Virus record (IMG/VR): IMGVR_UViG_3300050120_000213
Location: 35,511-99,510 of that record
Length of the DNA stretch: 64,000 nt
Reading direction: 5' to 3' (one strand)
DNA from: a virus
Below are positions 38,213 to 48,444 of the stretch, piece after piece. The position numbers and the translations under genes were made by a program. How positions within the stretch are numbered: the stretch's first letter is position 1; each line of letters opens with the position of its first letter. The notes beneath the pieces were generated by a model that worked only from the letters and a program-made list of their open reading frames with translations, was not told the DNA's origin and ran no database searches.

Positions 38213-38232
38213 AGGATTGCAATTGATTGCAG

Positions 38233-38607
38233 TTACTTTTTGGGGATTTGGTACTCAGGTTTGAGCCAGTACTTACCGTCTGTGCAGTTGAATACGGTGT
38301 TTATTTGCAGCGTAAGCTTGTAAAAATGGTCTTTCAGCAGATCGCGCAACACTCCATCAGCCGAGTCCAAGCCCGGTAATGACGCTTCCGTCTTAAACAC
38401 CGCATCCCAGCCGTCCACGGCGCAGATAACGCCCCAGCTTCGCTCAGACCATGTAGCATCTTCACGCACGGGAAACACTTTAACCATGAAGAAAAATGGG
38501 AAGCCTTCTTCTTGAGCAACGACATAGGATAAATCTAACAGACGCTCATGGACGGGGGTGATTCTGTGTGGTGGTAGAGTTTCGACTTTCTTAAGCATTA
38601 CTTCCAT
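38233..38607 (-). CDS. hypothetical protein
   Basis: ORF in a tightly packed operon. Confidence 0.55.
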   Translation of the reverse strand: MEVMLKKVETLPPHRITPVHERLLDLSYVVAQEEGFPFFFMVKVFPVREDATWSERSWGVICAVDGWDAVFKTEASLPGLDSADGVLRDLLKDHFYKLTLQINTVFNCTDGKYWLKPEYQIPKK

Positions 38608-38804
38608 CCCTGAAATAGATCATTTTCAGCCTGTTCTTCGGCATCGCGTTCTGCTTGTTCGTCGGTTTTGCCACGTTTCCATCCCACGATCCAATCCAGC
38701 GATCTGAAGTCGTTTGGGTAGTACGGATTGTCACCGATTTGATCGCCCAAGTAATAGGCGCGATACCCCTCTGCCACGACCTCTTGCTTCATTACGACTG
38801 ACAC
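38598..38804 (-). CDS. hypothetical protein (Rmf-like EGY..NPY..W..GW motif)
   Basis: EGYRAY...NPY...WIVGWKRG. Confidence 0.55.
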   Translation of the reverse strand: MSVVMKQEVVAEGYRAYYLGDQIGDNPYYPNDFRSLDWIVGWKRGKTDEQAERDAEEQAENDLFQGWK

Positions 38805-38814
38805 GAGGTACTCC

Positions 38815-39138
38815 TTACTGTATAGGTTGCTGGGTTTGGGCGTACTGATGTTTCAGACACAAGGCCATAAAAACGCCCAGTACTTGCTCTTTAGTCATGA
38901 CAGCAAGATTGGGGTTTTCATAGACGTCTACCACCACATTAATAGCCTGCTTTTTCTGCGACGGCGAAAGGGTGGGGTGCGCCAGCACATCGTTGATCAT
39001 TGCACTTTCCGGTGCCCCGTGCTGTTTGAGTGTGGCGGCGGCACTGGCGAGCGACACAGTGAAATCATCAGCGCAATCGACTTGTGCGTAGACCATGGGA
39101 GAAAATACCAGCAGTGCTAAAATCCATAAGGTTTTCAT
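38815..39138 (-). CDS. secreted protein
   Basis: Signal peptide MKTLWILALLVFSPMVYA. Confidence 0.65.
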   Translation of the reverse strand: MKTLWILALLVFSPMVYAQVDCADDFTVSLASAAATLKQHGAPESAMINDVLAHPTLSPSQKKQAINVVVDVYENPNLAVMTKEQVLGVFMALCLKHQYAQTQQPIQ

Positions 39139-39146
39139 CTAAATCC

Positions 39147-39518
39147 CTACCTAAGAGGGCGGTAAGAGGCTTTGCCTTCAGGATCAAGGCACGCCGCGTA
39201 AGCCCCATCTGCCAGGGCGTCATTACTCCCGTGTGCAAACGCGGGATCAAAATACAGGGCGTTCACCAAATGCTTTACCCAGCTAGCACTGAACGTGGGG
39301 TAGCTATCGTGCAGCAACATAAACGTACTTTCAGGGGACTGGCCTTGTCCCCTAAGTTCGGCGGCGCTCATCACGACCCCGCTGATGGTGTTACACCGCA
39401 TATCGCGCTCGCCATTGTATAGGCCGTGCTGCATTTGGTACATGCGTATCATTTCTGACGATTGTGCCTGGGCAGCGCCCGACACCAATAACAGCAACGC
39501 AATTAGATACTTGGTCAT
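39147..39518 (-). CDS. secreted protein
   Basis: Signal peptide MTKYLIALLLLVSGAAQA; two Cys, like its neighbour. Confidence 0.65.
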   Translation of the reverse strand: MTKYLIALLLLVSGAAQAQSSEMIRMYQMQHGLYNGERDMRCNTISGVVMSAAELRGQGQSPESTFMLLHDSYPTFSASWVKHLVNALYFDPAFAHGSNDALADGAYAACLDPEGKASYRPLR

Positions 39519-39655
39519 GGTTAATGCCCCGTGTAATGTCGGAACAACAACTTGCTGCCATCCACCAACAGAATCAAGAGTACACCCAATGCTAACAGGC
39601 TATCGATTTGGTCTAGGAGTGTCATTGTTATTCCCCGATTAAAGTCCGTACGGGT

Positions 39656-39683
39656 AATATAGCACGGCCACGGAGTTTGTCAA
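39656..39683 (-). promoter_or_regulatory. sigma70 promoter
   Basis: TTGACA-16-TATATT. Confidence 0.75.
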
Positions 39684-39694
39684 ATATATTGCAA

Positions 39695-40207
39695 TCAATT
39701 GCACAAATCTCGTGCTAAAGCTAACAGCCCAGGGTGGCCACTAGTCATAACGTCTAGTAGCAAACGCTTTTCTTCGAGGTATACCCCCGCAAAATTTGGA
39801 TCATGCATGACAATACTAGACGTGTTACTGATCAAATCAGCGTACTTGATTGTCTGAACCCAGCCCGGTGCCGCCGATAATCGTGCCCGAGAAGCGGATT
39901 TACGTGTAGCACGATTGCCTACTTCTAAATCAGAAAGCTGGGTTACACCATACGCGACGTTAAGGCCAAATTTTTCCACCAGAGTTTCTTCGGTCACTCC
40001 TTGATCTTCTCGGCAATCATGTAACCACGCCACTGCAATCATCTGCTCAAAACTACACCAACTAGTGCCAGTAATTTCATGGGCTACCGTTGCCACAATG
40101 CCCGCCACTTCAGCTAAGTGGTCGGCATAAGGCTGCTCAGTGTACTTACGTTTTTGGCCACGGTGAACATGGCAGGCAAACTGCATAGCAGCAAATGCTT
40201 CGTTCAT
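39695..40207 (-). CDS. HD-domain small alarmone hydrolase-like protein (Mesh1/SpoT-HD family)
   Basis: H.GQ.RK...PY..H...VA, AWLHDCRED, IKYADLISN. Confidence 0.85.
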   Translation of the reverse strand: MNEAFAAMQFACHVHRGQKRKYTEQPYADHLAEVAGIVATVAHEITGTSWCSFEQMIAVAWLHDCREDQGVTEETLVEKFGLNVAYGVTQLSDLEVGNRATRKSASRARLSAAPGWVQTIKYADLISNTSSIVMHDPNFAGVYLEEKRLLLDVMTSGHPGLLALARDLCN

Positions 40208-40449
40208 GACTGCTCCGGTACTACCGAAAAGCCGCACTCGGGGCAAAGTACCCCTTCTTCGCCAGGTATCGAGACTTTTCTCGTACACCCCTTGGGGTTT
40301 GTGCATGGGATTCGGATAGGCTCACCCGGGTCTTGGTGGTCTTTTAGGATCGAGGCCAGCACCCGGTAAGTCGCCTTGAAATCCTGGCCCAACATATAAC
40401 CAGAGGCAAACGTTAGGGCGTCGCGTTGTTCTTGGGTGAGTTTACTCAT
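40204..40449 (-). CDS. hypothetical Zn-ribbon protein
   Basis: CTNPKGC...CPECG. Confidence 0.55.
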   Translation of the reverse strand: MSKLTQEQRDALTFASGYMLGQDFKATYRVLASILKDHQDPGEPIRIPCTNPKGCTRKVSIPGEEGVLCPECGFSVVPEQS

Positions 40450-40810
40450 GGACTTCGATCTCCATATACAGGTATTGATCCACGTGGGTTTTAAGTTCGG
40501 CCAGCAGATCATGGCCGCCGATCTTTAGATCTTCATCGGTCCACAGGTAGCCGGTGTAATCACTGTAGGCAACATTGTACTTTACATCGGCGTAGCCCAG
40601 CACTTTCTGCAGCCACAACTCTTTCATTTGCTCGGGCGGCAATTTGCAGGCCGAAAGCCAGTACTGCACACTGACTTGTTTTTTACGAATACGGCTCTGC
40701 ATGGCATCAACCAAAGGTTGGTTAATGCCTGACAAATACAGAATGTCATCTGGTCCTTCGTTGTTAGCGTTGCGTAACGAGATAAAGCCGCTGTAAATTA
40801 GCACAGTCAT
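40442..40810 (-). CDS. hypothetical protein
   Basis: YSDYTGYLWTDEDLKIGGHDL..EL. Confidence 0.65.
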   Translation of the reverse strand: MTVLIYSGFISLRNANNEGPDDILYLSGINQPLVDAMQSRIRKKQVSVQYWLSACKLPPEQMKELWLQKVLGYADVKYNVAYSDYTGYLWTDEDLKIGGHDLLAELKTHVDQYLYMEIEVHE

Positions 40811-41018
40811 ATCAGTTTTTCTCCATCGATTTCTATGACAGTGGGAGGCATGTAATCCGCTTGGACGCTTTGGATATCAACAGGATTGGAGTCTGCGTAC
40901 TTATACACCAACTTGAACCCTGGGATAGACGCCACCAAAAGCTCTCGCGCTTGGGCCACGTTGTCCGCTTCTATCGCCGCTACGGCATTGAAGCGCAGTT
41001 GAAACTTGTACTTATGCA

Positions 41019-42200
41019 TTATTGCTCCAGACAAATATGCGGGTTTGCTATCAAGAAGTCACCAGCGCGTTTAGCCTCTAGTAAGCCCACCCCACTAGCT
41101 TCTCGGTAGGCTTTCATCCAAGACACTAGGTTGTGGTGTTTGCCTATTTGTTTGGTCGGCCAGCCCGCTTTGCTTATCGCGGTGGTAAGGTGATCAATCT
41201 TCGCAACCCATTTGTGACCGCCTTGCCAGAAGTATAGACTGCCTTTGAGAATATTGTAGTCTTCTACCCCCACCCCACTGCCCAGTTCTAAGCTTGGGTG
41301 TTCGTGTAGAAAGCGCCACGTATCGCGGGCAGCTTTTAGATCTAGGCCACTGCTCAAGCGGTACTTCTCAACCCAGATGTTTTTATTGATCGGGTTCGGC
41401 CAGCCACACATCGCGTTGACTTTCTGTAGCAGGCCCACATTAGCCGTGTAGGTCCACCCGGTGTTATTAGTTACTATCTTGAAATGCAGGTCAGGGCCAG
41501 CAACATAATAGGGAGTGGCTTCCAGCGTGTCTGAACCTTTCTGAAATTGTAGACTGATGTTGCCCCGCAGGTAGTCACAGACTTGCTTGGACGTTTTCAA
41601 CCACGCCCCACTGATTTCACGATAGCGCTTGATCCACGGCACTTGGTTACTGATCGCGGGCCAACCCAATTCGCCCACCACCGTAGTGATATCAGCAGTC
41701 TTAGCGGTAATCTTCTCGCCATTTTGGTGGAAGGTGAGCACCCCATTATCGACAAACGCCACTTCGTCATAAGCCACTTGGGCCATGCTATCGACTATGA
41801 AAAATTTATCGCCCCACGACTTATCCACTGTTTGAATATGCAATGGCTCACCATCAGGGCCGGTGGTGGGGCCTTCCTGTTGCTTAGCCTTATGAATATG
41901 CTCGTCTAGGTTGACGTTATCTTGGGTGATCCCACCGTAAATCAACGCGTGCTTTAGTGCGTCATGCGTCGCTTTAGACAGCGGGTTTTCCCACGACTTT
42001 ATAGTGTCGTCTTTTTCTTTCTTAGCTTCCAGAAAGGATTCAACAGCACTATCGAACGCTTTTTCTGCGTCGGTGCCCGTTTCTATTTCCACAGGGACGT
42101 TATTAAACAATAAATCAAAGATCTTTCGGGCAGCATCAGCACCGTAGTTGTGCTGCATCATAAACACCGCTTGGATCTTCTCGTAATCGTATTCGATCAT
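41019..42200 (-). CDS. protein with three bL12 (L7/L12) CTD-like repeats
   Basis: IKRYREISGAWLKTSK, VEKYRLSSGLDLKAAR, MKAYREASGVGLLEAK. Confidence 0.65.
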   Translation of the reverse strand: MIEYDYEKIQAVFMMQHNYGADAARKIFDLLFNNVPVEIETGTDAEKAFDSAVESFLEAKKEKDDTIKSWENPLSKATHDALKHALIYGGITQDNVNLDEHIHKAKQQEGPTTGPDGEPLHIQTVDKSWGDKFFIVDSMAQVAYDEVAFVDNGVLTFHQNGEKITAKTADITTVVGELGWPAISNQVPWIKRYREISGAWLKTSKQVCDYLRGNISLQFQKGSDTLEATPYYVAGPDLHFKIVTNNTGWTYTANVGLLQKVNAMCGWPNPINKNIWVEKYRLSSGLDLKAARDTWRFLHEHPSLELGSGVGVEDYNILKGSLYFWQGGHKWVAKIDHLTTAISKAGWPTKQIGKHHNLVSWMKAYREASGVGLLEAKRAGDFLIANPHICLEQ

Positions 42201-42708
42201 TTCTGCCCCATCCCACGGAACGCTTTAAAGAAAAACGCGATATTGTCCACCGTTTCCTTGTTTTTAGCGATAGCGGCCTTCTTCTGCGCCGTGATCGAGC
42301 CAGCCGGGGCGGTCGCTTGCGCCAAGGGTGGCACCGGCATAGGCACTATTTTCGTGCCCGTGGTGTTACCACGAAAGAATTTGATGGTCATGCTAAGTCC
42401 TTGATCAATTCAATCTCAAACTGGGTCGCCAGTTCCTCGCACAAGTCGGCTTTGCCATCGTAGTACTGGCGGTCGTGTTCGTTCTTAGCCCTGGCCCGAC
42501 GCCACATCGCAGCGCGATAGGCCATCCTCAACAAATGCCCAACGTTCTTGTTGTTGGTGAAGCCGTTCATGACGCCAGCCATTCTTCGTAGGTCTTGATT
42601 TTCCAACCGAGGTCGGTCGCGCAATCGACATAGATTTGATACTCTGCGTCGTTAGTACCGCGTTGCTGAGTTTGCCATCCGGCATTGGTAAGCAGGGTTT
42701 CTGACATT

Positions 42709-42897
42709 TCAGACTCCTTTCACGTGGGCGTTGAGGGCACGGGCGGCGTCCTTATTGTCACTCAGGTACAGCCAGTTAATGCACTCATCTAGGCCATCGA
42801 ACTGGTACAGATTCTTTAGGTCTTCATTGGACAACATGAGTTTACCTGTATCGGTCACTTCCCAGATGTGCCACTTGCCGTATATAAAGGGCTTCAT
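42709..42897 (-). CDS. hypothetical protein (early cassette)
   Basis: AATGGAGT RBS plus promoter. Confidence 0.65.
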   Translation of the reverse strand: MKPFIYGKWHIWEVTDTGKLMLSNEDLKNLYQFDGLDECINWLYLSDNKDAARALNAHVKGV

Positions 42898-42928
42898 GTC
42901 CGACTCCATTCGGTAGGGTAATGTGTTT

Positions 42929-42956
42929 ACTATAGCAGATTAACGAGATTTGTCAA
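42929..42956 (-). promoter_or_regulatory. sigma70 promoter
   Basis: TTGACA-16-TATAGT. Confidence 0.75.
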
Positions 42957-43177
42957 ACGAAAGGTCCTTCCTCGCGGTCCAACGGGCATTGAAAAAACTT
43001 GGCCCATTGCTCGGCCAGGGTCTTGGCGACTGATAACGGTAGTGAGCCACCTGGGGTGAGGTGTTTGCGCTCGCCTTGGTCATTGACCAGTGCTACGTAG
43101 CAGAATCGCCCCAACTTGAAGTTCTGAATTTCTAGCACGACGCGCATAGCTTTCCCCGGTTGCAATCAATTGCAAAA

Positions 43178-44038
43178 CTAGATGTGGCAATCATACACCG
43201 ACAATAGCGTTTCAGCGGGCAGTTCGTCTAAGACTTTATTGAAATCGGCTGCCCAGGTGTCTTCATCTTTTTCGTCGGCCACCATGCCAAACCACCCCAT
43301 GTCCCCGCGCTCGAACCACAGCCCATCCCCGATTACCGCAAAGGTGCTGATCGCACTGTTCATTTTCGATTCAACGTAGGCGTCTTTGTTGGTGCCGAAC
43401 GTTTCGAACGGATCATCGAAGGGGTAGAGATCGAGTTTCCGCAACGCTATCTTCGCGGGCTGGGCATGATAAAACTCCCGGGCCTTATCGGTATCGGGAT
43501 AGAGCTTACGAAACTCGGCAAACGATTTGCCCGGTTCCAACCCCGCCACTGCAGCGGCATATGCGTCGTATTCTTTCTCGGCCTTCGCCATGGCTTCATA
43601 ACGCATTCCTTCGATGTCGATATCACACTTCATCGCGGCATTGGCCCGGCTGCCATTTTTCAGCTTGAAGTAGTTATTCCAGCGCCCACCCAACTCATAC
43701 CAATCCCACTTGGCGTGCGGGTTGGTGCGCTGAATCACCTTAATCTGCGTGTTGAGCAGATCGTTAAACACATAGCCGAACTTGTGGTCTTCGGTGCGCT
43801 CGGCCAAATCTTCGATGACCTTGTAGCCGTAGTAATCCTGCACGTATTCGAAAAACGTTTGCGGTTTTTCTTCACGGGGCACTGTCAGGAAATACTTTTC
43901 GTAGGCGGCCTTGGCATCAGCGGTCAGATCGACGTCCACCACATACTCGTCGTCTTGGCCGGTGCATTCGAACTCGTGGTAGGGCGCAAGCTGTTTTTCG
44001 GGATCGTTACCGAACACTAATACGGTGAAATGACTCAT
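43178..44038 (-). CDS. conserved hypothetical phage protein
   Basis: MSHFTVLV...NP.AKWDWY..GGRW...VYDCHI; biased codons. Confidence 0.8.
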   Translation of the reverse strand: MSHFTVLVFGNDPEKQLAPYHEFECTGQDDEYVVDVDLTADAKAAYEKYFLTVPREEKPQTFFEYVQDYYGYKVIEDLAERTEDHKFGYVFNDLLNTQIKVIQRTNPHAKWDWYELGGRWNNYFKLKNGSRANAAMKCDIDIEGMRYEAMAKAEKEYDAYAAAVAGLEPGKSFAEFRKLYPDTDKAREFYHAQPAKIALRKLDLYPFDDPFETFGTNKDAYVESKMNSAISTFAVIGDGLWFERGDMGWFGMVADEKDEDTWAADFNKVLDELPAETLLSVYDCHI

Positions 44039-44068
44039 TTCAACACTCCATTGTTGGTTGATACGTTA

Positions 44069-44096
44069 ATCATAGCACATAATAGGTGCTTGTCAA
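44069..44096 (-). promoter_or_regulatory. sigma70 promoter
   Basis: TTGACA-16-TATGAT. Confidence 0.75.
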
Positions 44097-44321
44097 AGCG
44101 GATTGCAATTGATTGCAGCGCTTACGGCTTCAAATTCTCGGTGAGATGCAAGCGCATTTCATCCACCCAGGCTTCAAACACTGCCCTAGGGTTGTTCGTG
44201 TTCACGACATGACGTATTACCGCCATTTCCGCCAGCGTTTTGAGATCTTTATACGTTTCTGCCGTAAACCCGCAACTGACTTCAACAAGTGCGTACCGGT
44301 CAATCGTGTACATTGTCGCCA

Positions 44322-44606
44322 TCACTTACTCCCTTCGCAAATCAAAATCTGACGATGGTTGGTAGAACACACATCCGGGTTGCCGGGAACTATGCCATAC
44401 CAGCACAGATAGGCGGTGCCGTCTTGCGCAATCGCCTTCCACATCCTGCCCGGGTAAACGCCAGTGGGTTTGGAGCGTGAATACTCCATCAACTTATCAT
44501 AGGCGTCTTGGCCCATTACGGCGTGGGTTTCATCTATGGTGACTTCTGTGCGGTTCGGTTGCTGCCAATACCGGCCCAGGTCGTCGGTCATGTCAGGGAT
44601 GCTCAT
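44322..44606 (-). CDS. hypothetical phage protein
   Basis: GRYWQQP...EYS.S.PTGVYPGRMWK. Confidence 0.65.
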   Translation of the reverse strand: MSIPDMTDDLGRYWQQPNRTEVTIDETHAVMGQDAYDKLMEYSRSKPTGVYPGRMWKAIAQDGTAYLCWYGIVPGNPDVCSTNHRQILICEGSK

Positions 44607-44781
44607 GCTGGCTCCCCACGTACAGGCCGATGCAATAGCCCACCGCCCCCGCAGCCCCCACACAAATTGCTACTGCAAGACACTGTAGCCACGAAGTTTT
44701 GGGGATTGCAGCAACTGCTGCAATCGTGCCAACAAAACAAACTAGGCCCACTAGCACGTTGGGCAAATACTGTTTCATCTT

Positions 44782-45096
44782 CTACTCCGGTAATGATGCA
44801 GGGAAATACTGACCTGCTTGGTCGGCATTGACCGAATTATTCAACATGTGGTCGATCCAAGCAATGCGGTCTGCCCTACGTTCGGTGTACATGTGGTCAA
44901 CATCGTGATAACTCTGCCACCCCGTTAGACTCAAATGGCCTTCCAGCGCGCTGGTAATGCGACGGCGCAATTTAAGTGACTGATCTGGGTATTCCTCTGC
45001 GCCCAGCAACGCCGTACAGATGAAAGGACACCTATGGTCGACAAGGGCGGCCCTGGCGAGCCACAACAAGTCGCGTTCTTCTTCAGTTAGTTTCAT
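44782..45096 (-). CDS. hypothetical protein
   Basis: ORF with RBS, ending R.AWIDHML. Confidence 0.6.
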   Translation of the reverse strand: MKLTEEERDLLWLARAALVDHRCPFICTALLGAEEYPDQSLKLRRRITSALEGHLSLTGWQSYHDVDHMYTERRADRIAWIDHMLNNSVNADQAGQYFPASLPE

Positions 45097-45416
45097 GTCA
45101 CTCCCCTCTCAAATTCCGCGTAAACGGATCAAACAATGGTGGACTACACTTCGCCAAATACTTAGCGGCTTCACTCCAAGTTTGACAGATAGTGATGGGG
45201 TAGTTCGCGTCTAGCGGGGTGGCGTGCCATTCTTCATTTTTTTGGGTTAGCCACCCGCCAGCCCACAATTCTGCCTCACCACCAATCATTGTCTTCCTCG
45301 TCGTTTGGAGATTTGCAATAAAGCCACACAATAAACAGAGCCATGGCGTTGGCTAATGCAAAAATCCCCCCGACGCCGCAGGCCAACATTACGTAGGCGT
45401 CTAGGAGGGACATGGT

Positions 45417-45752
45417 TTAGTGAGCGCGGCTTTCGATGCGCTTCATTGCGCCCTTGAGCGTGTCGGCCTGACCAATCAGGTTCAACAGGTACTGGTCGGC
45501 GTAAGGCATCGGCACGGTTTCGCGCACTGCGGAAAGCAGGGCTGCCTTGTGTGGGGTGAGTTTGCTGACCTTGCCGGAATAAACCTTGCTGAAGCGGCCC
45601 AGCGCCTTGTTGACGCGATCCGCCGTCACGATGGTGCCAATGGCCTTGAGGTTGCCGACGATATCAGCGGTCTTGGCTTTTGCGCCATAAAAAGTCACGA
45701 TGCACAATTTGAGTTCTTCGAGGGTCAGGCGGGATTGGGTAGCTTGGCTCAT
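45417..45752 (-). CDS. basic hypothetical protein (early cassette)
   Basis: AATGGAGT RBS, promoter, biased codons. Confidence 0.7.
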   Translation of the reverse strand: MSQATQSRLTLEELKLCIVTFYGAKAKTADIVGNLKAIGTIVTADRVNKALGRFSKVYSGKVSKLTPHKAALLSAVRETVPMPYADQYLLNLIGQADTLKGAMKRIESRAH

Positions 45753-45807
45753 TTTCGGACTCCATTCCGGGTTATTTGGGTAGGGCGTTTGTTTCGCCCA
45801 TGTAAGT

Positions 45808-45835
45808 ACTATAGCACTTTGACTGAATTTGTCAA
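45808..45835 (-). promoter_or_regulatory. sigma70 promoter
   Basis: TTGACA-16-TATAGT. Confidence 0.75.
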
Positions 45836-45869
45836 AGGATTATTTGCTGATTTTTGCAATTGATTGCAA

Positions 45870-46460
45870 TCAAATGTGGAACGGCGAGGCTTTCCACATT
45901 GCCACCAGCATCAGGTACGCCTCTAGCTGATCGTCATTCCAAACGGTATTGTGCGCCACTGCGTTCTCAATGGTCTTCATCAGCTTGAGGATGTGTTCCC
46001 ACCGTTCGTAGCCATTAAGCTGTTTTACCCAATACACTTGTTCCACCAAGGTCAACTGTAATTGCACGTGGTACGGGAGTGGAAACTCCGCCGTCATGGT
46101 GCCTGTGTGCTTATCACCATGTACTTTGATATCGAGCTTGCTCGGGTCGTAAGGAGTCGTCTCCCACATGTACTTATAGGTCGCGGCGCTCAGCAGATCA
46201 TCATGCTTATCGATATGCCCCCCGGGGTTGGGCGTTAACATATGAAACTTCTTCATGTCTTCGGTGAGTTTCTTTATCTCTTGGTACTTCAGCAATTCCT
46301 CTGAGTGCCACTGAGCACTGTAGTGGAGCTTGTCTTTCTCGTTATCGACTTTACCGATAATGTCAGCAAACCAAGATGGATCTATCGTAGACATATATGC
46401 CTCACTAGTTGGTACGTACGCCCATATGGAGGGGGGTGTAGCCCCAGGGGTCGCCGTCAT
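45870..46460 (-). CDS. hypothetical protein (start uncertain)
   Basis: Long minus-strand ORF. Confidence 0.55.
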   Translation of the reverse strand: MTATPGATPPSIWAYVPTSEAYMSTIDPSWFADIIGKVDNEKDKLHYSAQWHSEELLKYQEIKKLTEDMKKFHMLTPNPGGHIDKHDDLLSAATYKYMWETTPYDPSKLDIKVHGDKHTGTMTAEFPLPYHVQLQLTLVEQVYWVKQLNGYERWEHILKLMKTIENAVAHNTVWNDDQLEAYLMLVAMWKASPFHI

Positions 46461-47071
46461 TATCTCTGAGGTACTGATTATAGTGTTCTTGTTCGGCGTC
46501 TTGGCGTCGCTGGTGTTCGTACTGGATTCTGGCGTGTACTGCAGCTAGCGATTCAGGTGAGTAAACCCCTTCTTCCACACACCACTTGCAATAGCCGTTC
46601 TTAACAGGTCTATCGTCGTAATAATTGTGACCACAGCCAGGACACCGATCCACATTTCGCTCAGTATTACCATTTTTCGTAGATGACATTGCTGATCCCC
46701 ATATGCTGTTCACATTGTTGTTTTACATCTAACAGAAATAGCAGTGCTTCGAGGCGGTCGTCATCCATATCATTCAAGAACTGTACGTCGGATTCAATCA
46801 CACCGACCAGGGAACAGATCTTAGTGATAAGGACGCCGCCCATCGGGGTAGGCCCCGACAAATTGTAGGCCATTTCTACATAGGTCATCGCGGGGGCGCC
46901 ACTTCCTTGGGGATCGTTACCGTGACGGTTTTCGTTTCCGGGATAGGTTTAGACACCGTGCCGCCTTTGGTGTACTTCTTAATATCGTTGATCTGATCGA
47001 GTATAAAACCCGCAATTTCTTCGTTGGAATAGGTTTGGAACGAGTTTGGGTCCATGCTTCACTCCATTGAA

Positions 47072-47164
47072 TCACGTCCTAATTGTGCCACAGTTTTTAC
47101 ACCATGTCTCATAGGCTAGAAAGCGTCGCCCACACTTAGGGCAGGCCCGCCACCGGTAGGCCAT
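47072..47164 (-). CDS. 30-aa Zn-ribbon peptide
   Basis: MAYRWRACPKCGRRFLAYETWCKNCGTIRT*; TGATG-coupled to the upstream ORF. Confidence 0.5.
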   Translation of the reverse strand: MAYRWRACPKCGRRFLAYETWCKNCGTIRT

Positions 47165-47380
47165 CAGTGAGTACCCATAGAGTAAGGACTCCACGCGGGG
47201 AAATTACAGAGTAATTCGATTGATTGCCCCGTGATTGCACTTTCTTCACTGACTGCAGCCAGCCAATCTTCGTAGCAGAACGTCATATGTGCTATCAGGC
47301 TGTGCACCATCCGAGCGCGGTACTCCATATACAGTACGAGTAGCATTCTTCACTCCATTGCAATCAATTGCACAGCCTAT

Positions 47381-47408
47381 AGTGTAGCACTGTTGGCTGA
47401 TTTGTCAA
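47381..47408 (-). promoter_or_regulatory. sigma70 promoter
   Basis: TTGACA-16-TACACT. Confidence 0.7.
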
Positions 47409-47414
47409 AGCAGT

Positions 47415-47699
47415 TTACACCGAGGTCCAGACTCCTTGCTTTAGCCAACCATGCCACTTACCCGGCGTGCGTTGGCTCCAATCTAGTGAAGGCGAGACGG
47501 TGATAGTGCCGTCTTCGTGTTCGATCACCGTATGTTTCTCGGGGCTGATTGAACCTTGCGAGCCATCGGGAGCGCAGACTTGCCACCACCCCAGGCGAGA
47601 ACCCGCCGTATCTTCGTGGGTTGCGCGCCCGTAATCACCGGGTTCTAAATGCAATGGCAACCAACCTTCGGCGTCAGGCATTACGCGACGACCTTTCAT
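47415..47699 (-). CDS. hypothetical protein (TVSPS...WHG family)
   Basis: EHEDGTITVSPSL...WHGWLKQGVW. Confidence 0.65.
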   Translation of the reverse strand: MKGRRVMPDAEGWLPLHLEPGDYGRATHEDTAGSRLGWWQVCAPDGSQGSISPEKHTVIEHEDGTITVSPSLDWSQRTPGKWHGWLKQGVWTSV

Positions 47700-47947
47700 T
47701 TTTCACTCCGTTGTATCTCACCACAGATCAGGATGGGGAAGCCGTCAGGAAACCAACCTATCATACTCATGGCTTGGACCACGTAGGTGCATAGCTCAAT
47801 CCACAATTCGAATGGCGCAAACTTAGCCGCCACCATCGGGCAATCATCGGGGCCGCCCAGCCATACCGGCACACTAAACATCCTGCCATGGTGCGTGAAG
47901 TTCTCAGCCAGTGCCTCGGCTTGGGTCATGAACAGTTTCATCAACAC
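47696..47947 (-). CDS. hypothetical phage protein
   Basis: FTHHGRMFSVPVWL. Confidence 0.6.
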   Translation of the reverse strand: MLMKLFMTQAEALAENFTHHGRMFSVPVWLGGPDDCPMVAAKFAPFELWIELCTYVVQAMSMIGWFPDGFPILICGEIQRSEK

Positions 47948-48444
47948 TCCAGACGTGCAAAAGCCGATTGGTCTACATTCGCAATCGGCACGGCCCCACT
48001 CAAATTGTAGGCACGAGCCGATCCCGGGTCATGCCACTGCATTTTACAACGGTATTACTTTCACTCTATGCCACTACTACGTATCGTTTCCTGTCTTAGC
48101 GCCGGACGATCCCGTAGGGCCATTGCCAAGTGTGCTACTCCGATACCAGCAGTTTAACTCAGTTAGAATTCGCTTGCAAGTGGGAATGGTGTTGTACGTT
48201 GAGGCGTTCTTCGCATACCGCACAGTAATACCACGACCAGCCGATGCCGTTGTCGTGATAGGCACCGGTAATGTGACCCAATTGAGCGCAATGCTCGCGC
48301 AATTTCATGCGTTCTTCCCGCTGTTGAGCGTCAAAATCGACCATCAGGCGCTGGATTTCGGCACGGCGTTCCTTGGTCATGGCGGCCAAACGCTTGCGGA
48401 TTTCTTTATGAGTCATACCCACTCCATTTTGCAATTGATTGCAG

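Noticed and set aside
42718-42727. Second parS (TTTCACGTGG)
   Set aside because: Only a half match, inside a CDS
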